A stretch of 64,000 nucleotides of DNA, from contig JBLDXI010000003.1 in the NCBI GenBank assembly GCA_047495785.1, positions 124,001 to 188,000 of the forward strand. Direction: 5' to 3'. Both the position numbers and the translations under genes were made by a program. Shown here in pieces: positions 11,849 to 23,600 of this stretch. The notes beneath the pieces are model-generated. The model searched no databases, had not been told where the DNA came from, and worked only from the letters and a program-made list of their open reading frames with translations. How positions within the stretch are numbered: position 1 is the stretch's first letter; each line of letters opens with the position of its first letter. Source of the stretch: Lepidodermella squamata. Lineage: Eukaryota; Animalia; Gastrotricha.

Positions 11849-14800
11849 ATGCTAAGACAAAGTTTCATCATTTTACAAGCGGCTTTCGTGCTGACAGTTT
11901 CCGCTGGTTATGATCCGCAGCCTGATACCACTTCGCTAGACCTACCAATTGGATACAAAGGACCACCGCTGTATATTTCGCAATGCTCTTTCGACGGTGA
12001 AAATTCGACGGTAAACAGCAATGGTACATTCACAATGTACTACAATGCGCAAAAAGTTGCAAATGGCTACCAACTGAACTCAATGTCGGGCCCGAATTCG
12101 TCACCGGATCAATCTTTCGCATTCCTTGAGAGCCTTGTAAGTCAACTCGTTGGAGCTGCTGTGAAGCTAATTATTTAATTTCCTGAAATCGCATATAAAC
12201 AGGCTGTAAATCAATATGCTGACAAAATGATACATTGGCGTCTTGAATATGACGTTGAGCTGCGTTACAAAACCAGTGGGCCTTCAAACGCATGGTTCGG
12301 ATTTTCCTTCACATCAAATCGATTTGCTATTAGTAAGAGCTCAACACATTACATTATTTATTAAAAAAACTGGAGCCACCCGAAATTGCTATGCTGATTT
12401 GAAATATAAACGCCCTAACCCTTAAACCTCGACTTATTCAGGTTTCAGAATATAATTTCACTTTCATAGATGTCTCGTCAAATTCGTCCCTATACTACGA
12501 CGTTTTCACGAGATATGGCACCGGCATACTCGCATTTCTAAAGTTGCAACCGGGCGGCAATATGGTCATCACCTGGAGGAGTAACTTGGACGATGGCATC
12601 TATGCTGCGCCACCTTTCAACGATTCAAAAGGAGGCAATACTTATAACTTCGACTCGAGCTGTGTCATGCCATCGTCAGGCTTCGCAACATTTCGCATGA
12701 TCTTCCAAAGCGTCCATGATATTCTAACTGTTTGCCTCTAATTTCACTCGTAAATTGCATTGAATTTCGAAATCTTACACAGGTAATGGCCATTCCAAGT
12801 TCTGGCTCGGCTGCTTGTTCAACTGTAATCAGGTTCGGCGGCTATTCTTACTACATTGGCTACCAGATGTTATTCGGCGTCCATAAACCTATTTTATACG
12901 CAATTAACGGAGCCGATGGGGACGTTCTTGTCAAAAGAATGCAAGTCGATTCGTCCATCGACCGTAAACTTTATTAACACAATCTGTTTTAGGTACCTGT
13001 GGGGTCTAACCGAGGACAATCCAGCCCCTCCAGACCTGTACACACTAGCACTCCCCCCTAACACTGGTAAGACTACTTTTGGCGGCTACGCAAGTTACGA
13101 CTATACGGGTGAATATAATTGGACGACGAAGCGGATTTCCAATACGGCGGGTGCGAAAAGCTGCGCGCTAATCAGCAGCAATCAGCTGCCGAGAGCATTC
13201 GGCTCACCAGTTAATAAATAGTCTATTTCAACTAATCTTACTAAACATCAATGATTGTATTTAGTATTACTTCAAATACTTTGGCGACTGGCGCATCGAA
13301 ATCGACTTTGATGCGACTTGCAGCCCAGATGGATCTGAAGCCTGGCTGGGCGCGATCTTCAGTCTCGATAGAACCGACCCTGACGTTGGTAAAGCCAATC
13401 GTAGGGGCCTATGAAAGTCATGAGCTAAATTACTTTTTGCAGTAACACTCGGAAATTCCTCTACTTACAATGGCGTAGATGTTCTTATGGGCTTCGGAAT
13501 CTGGCTGAAATTGCTCGCCAACAAGGGCGGTGAATTTTCCGCTGGCTACTATCCGACCTTAAGCAGGAACGTGACAATACCTCCCCCTGGCACCATAGCT
13601 TCAACTTCGCTGGGATGTGGAGATCCTGCATTTTTCGATGCATCTGGCAGTGTGAGTTTCCGCATCATTGTACAGCATGTCAACGACGCTATGAACGTAT
13701 CGCTGGCGAAACTGCCGGCGAATGGAACTACCACTTCTTACGAGTGTTTCACAAACTTCCCGGTCCCCGGATTTCGAGACACCGCCCTGAACAAAGCTAT
13801 GCAGTACGCCGTGCTTGGATCGGGGAGTCCTAGTGCAACTGTTTATGTCCGAAAGATGTAATTCTTTACTTGACTGACAATCATTAAATATTTCCTATTT
13901 TGAAAACAGGATGGCTTGGATGTTGACTGAAGGAGCTGCACCAACAGTGGCTCCAAAATCGACGACCACAGCAAGTTTCCCAACTAGCCCAACTAGTTTC
14001 TCAACTAGCCGGGCCAAAACTCCTCTAACAACAACAAAGAAACCACCGAGTAATCTCGAAACTACGGACCATGATAAAGCCCCAATTCCTGAACCGGTGG
14101 ACGGAAACTACGAGCCGCTAGTCAAGTACGAGGAACTCCAAGCGTGTCCCTATCTCGACCCGAGACGCCGATCTCCTGAGATGAATACCACAATATACCT
14201 GACATTCTCGGTGGATAGACTTGTTTCAATCAATCAGGTTGAAAGCGAGATATCACTCTGGGGCTCTCTGCTCGTCCAATGGCCGGTATTTTCCTGTTCA
14301 GCTGAATACACAGCCCCGAACGCTGACGCCACGGAGCGAGTCATCCCGGCGAACAACTTGGATATCTGGAGGCCGAAAATCGCCCTGACGAACTCGACTA
14401 GCGACGTCTATCTGAGCAACGACCACTACGGCGAGAAGGCTCAAATCATGTACTACGCTACGACGCCGAATCGAACGCTGTTCTTCCACTGGGACCGCGT
14501 TGGAACCTTTTCATCAGCATGCAAGTTGGATCTGACAAAATTTCCGTTCGATTCTCAGAAGTGCGAGTTCACTTTTCTAATGGATGAACCAGCTAGCTAC
14601 GTTGCAATCGGCGGTGTCTACGTCAAGTCTTACGATTCGCTGTCTAACGGTATTTGGACCCTGCTGGGCACTCGCACGAGTCGCGGAACTTGCGCATCGC
14701 CCTCCCGAACTGGAGCTGCTGTTTCGTATGGCAAAATCGCGTTGACTTACAAACGCGATCCAACGTACTTTGTCGTCAATCTAATGGTCCCTTGCTATCT

Positions 14801-15179
14801 GCTGATCGCCCTTGCCCTGGGCTCGTTGATGATGGAGCCTGATATGCCGGATAGGCCTGTTCTGTGCGCCACGTTGATGCTGGCCCTTGTCGTAGCTCAG
14901 GGCGATGTAATGAACAGTGTTTCGTCCAATTCGAAGCAGCTGTTGTACACCAACTACGTGTTGATGCTGTCCGGCATCGTAGCTTCTATAGCCATCTACG
15001 AAGTCGCAGCTACAGCCTTCTCCGTTAGCAAGCGATTCCACTTTCTGAACACGGAGGAAGTGAGCTTATGCGGGCGCCTGCAAGTTCCACTGATACGAGG
15101 TATCGACATGCTCATGTTCGTCACATCGTTCGAAGCCTTACTCATGGTCAATATGTACTTGGTCATCTTGACGCAGTAA
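11849..15179 (+). CDS. Atypical Cys-loop ligand-gated ion channel subunit with two N-terminal beta-rich repeats and a mucin-like stalk (copy A, 953 aa)
   Basis: Exons 11849-12136, 12203-12332, 12470-12729, 12783-12940, 12993-13209, 13265-13388, 13443-13857 and 13910-15179 total 2862 nt in frame; intron 4 is GC-AG. Signal peptide, loop A IWRPKI, Cys-loop CKLDLTKFPFDSQKC (C-x13-C), pre-M1 KRDP, four TM helices. Confidence 0.9.
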
Positions 15180-18100
15180 CAGACATCACATACTTTTCAT
15201 TATTTTGGACTTGAAAACTCGGAATTGACTTAGCATGGTGTATTAGTATACCCATTTCGGTGACAGACTTACATGCATAACATTTTTGACTAAGTTTTTT
15301 CCGCGTAGTGTGTTTCGAGTCACGTCTCCATGTTAATTTCAGTAATATCCCTGCTATCACCAATCTAACCAGTAGATATCATGATCACACGATAATTTTA
15401 CACTATCTGTGGTCACTTTACGAACTTCAGCAAGTAGTGGCGATATTGATCATGAATATTGATTTTAAAAATCATTGATGTTTCCGACATTCTGAGATGC
15501 CAATATGAGGAAGTTTTTATAAAATGCCTGCCAACCTAACTACCAAGTAGTATTGCCCTTTGATTGACTCGGATTGAGTAAGGTATTCGTGGTGCGAGTG
15601 CCAAGTGGGCCTACACGATATACTTGACGCTCTGTTCCAGCACAATATTTTTTATTATCCTGCCTATTTAAAACGCGATCACTAAATTGGCGATCAGCCG
15701 ATATTGATTCCAGGTAATTTGATTGGTAGTTTGAAAATCAATGATTTTTCTTATATATCGAAGCCTCGGAAGTCAACATTAAAAAATACTCTGCCTATCT
15801 AGTAATAAACAAGGTTGCTAAAATATGAAAAATTTGAAATGAATAAAGACTTGTAATCATGTAATGAAAGTACTTATTAACTTGACCCTTTTGTGAATAT
15901 GGAAAATACGTGGTGTATTTATGCTTCCTTTCAATAAAGGAAAATCAGGAATTGATCCTATAGATACACAAGCTATTTCAAAGCCGTTGTATCGAAAGTT
16001 TTCGGCGAACTACAAATCACTAAATTCTCGTTTTTTCACGAATTCACCGGTCCTAGAAGTAAACTCGGCAATAAATCGTCAGGAAACAAAAAACTCCTGA
16101 ATACTGAAATTTCAAGTCTCCACTTTTCTACAGCACAATAAGACTTTTCCCTCCCCATAATGGACTATACGACAAGAGACAAAAAAGCGGACAAGAGAAG
16201 CAATTACCAAATGTCACAACATTTTACGTCCTCATAGCGAGCCATGCATAAATCAGCCGGCTGCCAAAGGAAAAAATCTGAGGAAAAATCAGTGCAGTAG
16301 ATGCAATAATACCAGTATTTTCCGATGATACAAAAAAATGAGGCCAATATCTCGCAGCAACAGCGAATTGGAGGACCTGTTAGGTTACACCAGCAGGCGC
16401 ATTTCCCACCGCCGTTCCGCTTCGCCGCTCTTCGCTAAAAAGCTGCAAAATTACTTGAGGGTAAGTCATATATCACCATTTTTCCGAAGTTGAAACAAAA
16501 ATTCCGAAGTTGACCGCGAGAATTATGACTTCACCAGCAATAATATGCGTGTGGCGGTTGCAAGCGCGACATACCATTGCTGTGGGAAGTCACCATCTAG
16601 CGAGTCGAACATGCCGAAAAAAATCTCCGAAAAAAAACTGCAGTAATAACAATGATCGACGCGCGATGACGACTTTGTGATGGCGACTTGTTGGAAAATT
16701 AACCGGCTCGCATGGCGTTATTTGCGATGACAAGACGGAGAGAGAGATTGCGTTTTGTTGACGCCGCACCTGTCTCTAGGGGGTGGCCAATGGCTGGCTG
16801 GCTGGCTGGTCGCCGATTTATTGCCCGTCGTCGTCGTCGTCATCGCTGTTATTGCGATGAAAGATCAAAACAATAACGCGCGCGCTCGGAGGGCGATGGC
16901 GAGCGCGCCTATAATAATGATAATGACAACAATCGTCGCGCGCGCTCGCAACATTTTATGAGCTGACTCTTTGCATAAATACAAAATCATGTGTTTTATT
17001 TATTGCAGCTCTGAGCGCGCGCGCAGTTGGGCGCTCGCGCAAATCATAACAATCGCGAACGCGCGCATCTGCCGCGCGCAAATATACGCGCGCCAATAAT
17101 ATCCGGGACTTTTCGCAATTAAACAACAGTTGACCCGGACCAAAAAAATCGAGGCTTTTCGATGTCCATGTTGTTGTTATTGTTATTGTTTATTTATTTA
17201 TTCTATTGTTGTCTGTCATTCAAGTCGCGCAACAGCTAGGGTGTTGTATAATGCTGAGCGAATTTCCGCCCGGGTGGTCGCCGATCCCCTGGTGGCCGCT
17301 GCGATTTTCAGCCGTCGCTAGTTATCACCAGCGCTATAAAAAGCCTCGAAAAATCCTCATCCCTCATAAAATCTCAGCCAAGTTTTGATATGGCTTTGAT
17401 TATCACTGCGTCAAATTGAACCTTTCGTTAAGCTTTGAAAATACATACCCTCAAAAACTAGTATTTCATGGTGGAATTGAAAAATCCTCAAAATTCCCTT
17501 GAAATTTCAGTTTAGATCACTGCCGTAACGTGACGAGTAACAAAATGCGGCCCATTTTTCTTAGTTTTTATATTTGCTCAGTTGTCATTTGCACAAATGT
17601 CGCATCCAGAAACAGAGCGCACAATATTTACTGAATTTTCAGCGATCATTTTTGTTGCAGATTTCAAGAGATCACTTATATGACTTGCAACTCTGAAATT
17701 TTTGAATCGATGATATATACAGTAGAAACAACGCAGCTCAAAAAAATAAACGTAAAACTAGTCAGAATCCGGCGTAATTTCGTCCATACCGATAACTACC
17801 AAACCAGTTACCATTGGGTTTTCCGGCGGATTTTTCGCGAAAATCGGGTTGGAAGGATGGGACAGTGATTCATTTGAGAAGCAATTTGAGAAACAAAAAT
17901 TCAAAAATCCCAATCAAATCGAAAATACCGAAATATTTATCAACTAAAAGTGATTGATTTGTTAAATTATATCGCTGAAGTGCAACTTGTAAACTGGCCG
18001 CTCATGGCGCGAAAGGCATGTCATATGGAAATCTGAATCTGCCAGGCAGGAATAACAACAGGAAAATTGAAATTTAAAACTCGAAATTTTCGGGAAATAT

Positions 18101-20657
18101 TGAGCTGGAACCTAAATTTACATACATTTAGTTTCATTTTCGATAATTTTTTGTTTCGAAATAATTTTCATGACATTAAAGTTTTCATTGATGTTATGGT
18201 TCGATTTCGCTGTTTGTTACCGTAAATAATCCGGAGATTAACCTCAAAATGAGTTGTGCGAGGTCTATCGATAAGAAATAACGATTTCTGCAATATTTTT
18301 CGTGCGAATAAAAGAAAAATAATAACAGCAAATTGGCGCTGAAAAGTTAACCCAGATGCCGAGGTGCTTGAGTGTTGCATCGCCTCGATAATACAGCAAT
18401 ATCCATACCTATGATAATAATAATAACGAAATCGGACACACACGTTGCTACTACTTGCTACACGCGTGAGTATTTTTCGCGCGAGCGTGAAGATGCGCGT
18501 AAACACGCGCGCGCGCGATATTATACCCGGCCGCAAAATAATAACGCGCGTGGGCTTCGGACATGTGATGCCGCCGAATGCGAGTTCCAACCCACCGCAG
18601 CCGCAGCCGCCGGCTACAACATCAGGTATAAGAATACCCGATACAACGCGCTCGGTTATTCACATCGCTGTCAATAACAGCAGTAGCAGCAGCAGCAGCC
18701 AGGTTTTCGTTGTGCTTGTAATATGTATCGCTTTCAGTTCATTATCTGCTATCAACATACATATATCAGGCGAGCAGCCAAGTGTGTATGGTGCGAAAAA
18801 TACAAATAAAAATCGCATTGTAACCTTATTACCCCTCTCTCTAATACTCAATGTTCGCCATGTGCTCAAGCTCGACTCAAGTGCGCCTCACCGCTCCGAA
18901 GCGCCGCCGCAAAAAACCATGGAAAATGCCGTTTTTGGTTCGTTTTTTAAACGTAATCATCATTATTATCGTGTATTTTTTGGCTCGCTATTGTGTTACA
19001 CATTAGCGCGCTATTAATGACGACGGGCGACAATAGGCCGGGCAGGCAGGGCAAACACACTCCACAGATGATGATGATGGCAGTTGGATACAATAATGAT
19101 GCCAACTGAGCACACCTGTGATAGTAGTACGAGGCTTTGACCCGCTATCGTTGAGCTGCTCAAGAGACACAATACAGCCAGCCACGCGCGGCCCTCATCA
19201 TCATCAGATACATTTCGCGTTCTCTTTTTTCTGTTCGTCTTGCGTTTTTATTGCCTTGTATCGTTATTACTTAATGTTTGTCGCCAAGGCGTTGGGCCCG
19301 TTGTCGCGCTTCATCAGACAGCATCCCGATCGTAATACACAAAAAAACAAGGTAACAACACAAATCACCAATCGATTGCTCAAAATATTCGAAACTGGGA
19401 ATCAAATATCCTGTAAAACCTTGTCAGAAAGAGGTTTTCGAATTTTCCCCTCCTAAAAATTGTGGCAATTGGGCTGAATTCTGTGAAGACGCAAACCTTC
19501 AATTTTCGATTTTCTAAATTTAAGAAAATTGAAAAAGAACGAAATTCGCTCTCGCACTTCTTAATATTTCCCATTAAACACCAACTTGTCTTAATTAAAA
19601 TAAATTACTACTATTTTTAAATGATAATATTCCTGTTCAAAATGCTACAGCCAAGGTTTTTGATCCATTGTAAATTCCCTGAGAGGATGAATATTTGAAA
19701 TATTTTTATGAAACCTGTATTTTTCCCTTCATTTTCGGACTTTGATTAAGGAGACTTCAGGATTATAAAAATCTTACGGTCTAGATTAAGATTTAAAAAA
19801 TGAGAATTGGCCAACATTATGGACTTGCGAGTCCCGAGGACCCCCCCGGAACCCATGACCCAGCGAACCACGTGACCCAAATATCGCCCAGCAATCGATT
19901 TTCCTTTGTATATTTCGTCTCAGGTTAACACACACATTTTTAACTATTTTCCGATATAATTAGCCATTATTTTCAGGATAATTTTAGAAAATCGGTAGAA
20001 CGGTTAGACATTTAATAAATTGATCGGTAGAAACAATTAAATTGTGACCTTTCCTCAGTAATTAACTTCTATATAGAGCATAAGATTGACACTGGGTGGA
20101 GCCCGCTATTACAGTAATTTATTATCGTCCATTTTTTGGTAATAGGGTGACTAATAATTAGGCCGATAAACGCGCGTGAGAGAGTGCGTGCGCATTACTA
20201 AAAAAGCGAGACAAAAAATCAGTGCGCGTACACAGTTATTTTATACTTCTTGGGCACTATTTTTATTAGCCCTCATTACCAACGTGCGATAAAACACTCC
20301 TTAGTATATAATAATAATATACTTAGACTTCACCAAACACCAGAGAGGCGAAATAACGACTCGCTAACAAGTGAGTCAATGTTGTCTGTCGCAAAAATTG
20401 GCCGAAAAAATCAATCGATTGCGCCGCGGCCGATACACCACAAGTGGTATGGTGGGTCCTAATTTTCCCACCCAGCCACCATCATCATCATCGTCTTAGT
20501 GCAAATTTATTTAATAAAATAATAACCGCATCATAGTAAAGGGCGCCTTCGTTGCATAATAATTCACAGCCGCGGGAGACAGAACTCATTTATTCAGCAT
20601 TATTTTTGTAATTTCAACCAGCCGTACCGGCGGCCTCGCAGCTATTCAAGCGTGGCG

Positions 20658-23600
20658 ATGGCGATGATCAGCAACCAACGGCCGGGCTTCAACCGCATCA
20701 CGAAGCGAAAGCGCAGCCGCGTCGGCCTCGGCCCGGTCGTGCAGGGCCCGGATGCCGGGCGCATCGTCCTCAACGTGTCGGGCCGGCGGTTCGAGACCGA
20801 CCGGTGGACGCTGCGCACGTTCGCCGACACGCGTCTCGCCTGGATGGCCATGAACCCGTCCGCGCACCAGGAGTTCGACGCCAGCCGCGGCGAGTTTTTC
20901 ATCGACCGCCACGCCGGCTGTTTCGAGTTTATTCTCAATTTTTACCGAACTGGCAAGCTGCACATGCCGACGGACGTCTGCGGGCCACTGTTCGAAGATG
21001 AACTCTCGTAAGTCCATTCACCAAGATTTTCAACAAATTATGAAAATGTAGCCATAAATTAACATATTTTTGCTTTTTCTTTATAATTTTTTAATTTGAA
21101 TAAAAAAAGCAAAAAATAAAAATAGAAAAGGTCATTCCCGCGAGGCGGACTTGAACCACCGACCTAAGGATAGCTGCCTTTCATCTACAGTCCTCCGCTC
21201 TACCAGCTGAGCTATCACGGGTTTGATGACCTCCTGCTCAGTAATAATGACTCGTTGAAATTATTAAGGCGATAAAACGTGTAGCTTAAGAAGAACAAGT
21301 CCCGTCCAGTCCAAAAGGTGTATGGCCACTGGGAGGATCGAACTCACGACCTTCGCGTTATTAGCACGACGCTCTAACCAACTGAGCTAAGCGGCCAGGC
21401 GAAGACCGAGCTCGTATTCCCTAATTTTAAGTAAAAATTTCAAAAATTCAAAAATTGAAGAAATGACTGATAATTAAATAGTTACCTGAATTTCGAATAT
21501 TATTCCGAATTTTCAATAGAACGAAAAAATCAAATTATAACATGTTGAATTTTTCGAAATTGCCTCAACTTTCGATACTTTCTATAAAAAAGAGGGAGAA
21601 ATGGCATTGACTTGTTGCCAAAGGAACGCGCTGTCTCAGAGCGGCAAACTAGCCCAAAAATCCATAACATGGGAGATTCCGAAATAATCAAACCACCTAA
21701 CAAATCTCACTATTTTAGGTCAAATTGAGTAATCGTCGGTCGATATCGTTTTTTAGAGCCGATACCTATAGATATTTAAAATCAGAGATTTTTCCAGTAT
21801 CGAGTGGTCCCCCGCTGTAGTTTAGATTCAAAAATTCCGAAAAAGGCTGCGTGAAGCTCGATTTTTTAAATTAAGCACAAATTCTTTTCTGAATTCGAAT
21901 TTTGCTGATTTTTGAAATGACAGACAGAATGATTGTTTGTAAGTAATCTTTCTTGACAATTTTTTCACAATTTTATCCGCAGATATTGGGGCGTCGACGA
22001 GCGTCTGATGGAACCGTGCTGTTGGTCTCGCTACAAAACCTACCGGGACACGGAAGACCGGATGCGGAAAATGCTGCAAGAGGCGCAGGCCAGCTACGTC
22101 GGGTCCGGCTCGTCTCAGGGCGACTCGGACGCGCTCTCGCTATACTCAGCCATGGCCGGTGCCAACGCGGTACCCGGCTCCACCGGCGGCCAAAACGGTG
22201 GCAATAACGACGAGGTCGACAACCACCAGATTCTGCATAATATCATCGATTTTTTAGACGAAGAGAACAAGAAACGCGAAAACCGGGTGTTGTACTACTG
22301 GAAGCAGGCGAGGCGGACCGTGTGGACGGTGATCGAGAGCCCGAACCACAACCTAGCCGCGAGGATCTACACGACGATATCGCTGACGATGATTGCGATA
22401 TTCATATCGGTGTTCTGCCTCGAGACCATCGACGAATTCCGCGTGCCGAAGCAGTCGCTCGCCTCGGCGCCCATGCAACAGTCGGCGATCGACGCGCTGC
22501 TCTTCTACAACGTCTCAGCGACGCCGATTGCGCCGACTGATGCGACGCCCATGTCGCCGCTTTTATACCGGTCTCAAACTAAGTAAGCTAGAAATTGAAG
22601 ATGGAAACTTCTAGAATTTTAGTTGGAATTATGTTGCGGAACCGGGTTACACTGTTACACATCAAACTTACATCTTATTTTTCCAAAATTCCGATTTTTT
22701 GAAATTATGGGAGTCACGAAGAATCATCGGTGATTTTCGCGTTTTTTCCAATTCCGATGATCGACCTTAATCAAACAATATTCAGAAAAATTTGAATAAT
22801 TTTCGGCAACATTTTATTGATTACCAAGTTCCAGGTCAATTGGGAAAATTTGAGTTTCTAAGGAAGTTTGAATACTCCCATTTTTTACCTGCATTCTTAA
22901 TTCTTGGAATATTTTCTTCTGAAGCAGCAAGCATACCTTCTGTGTTTAATATAAAATTGAAGATTCTTGAAATCACCCACATTTAAAGACGTTCTTATAT
23001 TTTTTCCGCTGAATAGTTCATTATTTAATGCATTCTTTGAATAGGGCAATTTATTATCTTTTTCTGTCATTTTTTTAATTTCAATTTCAATTTTACCCTA
23101 AAATATAGGGTTCGAACTCGAATTTTCCCAATGAATAGTTTTTCTTTATTAATAATATCAAATTGTCACAACTAAATATTGTCCCTTACCATTCGATCTC
23201 ACTTTCAAGTTCAATTAAACTTCGGCCAGCCACGGCCATATCGATTCCAAGTATCAATTTACAAATCAGTGATTTCTCCGAAGTTACAAGTCATATGGGA
23301 AGCAGTTTTCCAACTATCTGATGGTACCAGGCAGCTTAACTAAAATATCCCTGGTTAACAGGGCGCATCAGAATAGATCAAAAGTTTTCAAAAAATTTGG
23401 GAACTTAGCGATGAAAGACTCAGTGAAGTTCTGGAACTTCAATTTCACTGGTACTCATAGTTGGAAAAATTTCGACGTGGAATTGAATCCCGATTCCTGA
23501 CTTCGCCCAAGTTTAGAAGGTTTCAAGTACAGAACATGGCGTTCATTTCTCTAATTTCTTTAATATCAATTTTTAAATGCTTGAATTTTGTTACTGCTTC

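Noticed and set aside
13911-15179. Calling the channel ORFs ordinary nicotinic acetylcholine receptor alpha subunits with their own start codons
   Set aside because: These ORFs have no signal peptide, begin at conserved splice acceptors, and lack the vicinal cysteines and TrpB. They are terminal exons of larger genes.
18168-19456. ORFs of 100-190 aa upstream of the Kv gene
   Set aside because: Low-complexity, non-ATG or unsupported starts, no domain motifs and no consistent splice pattern.
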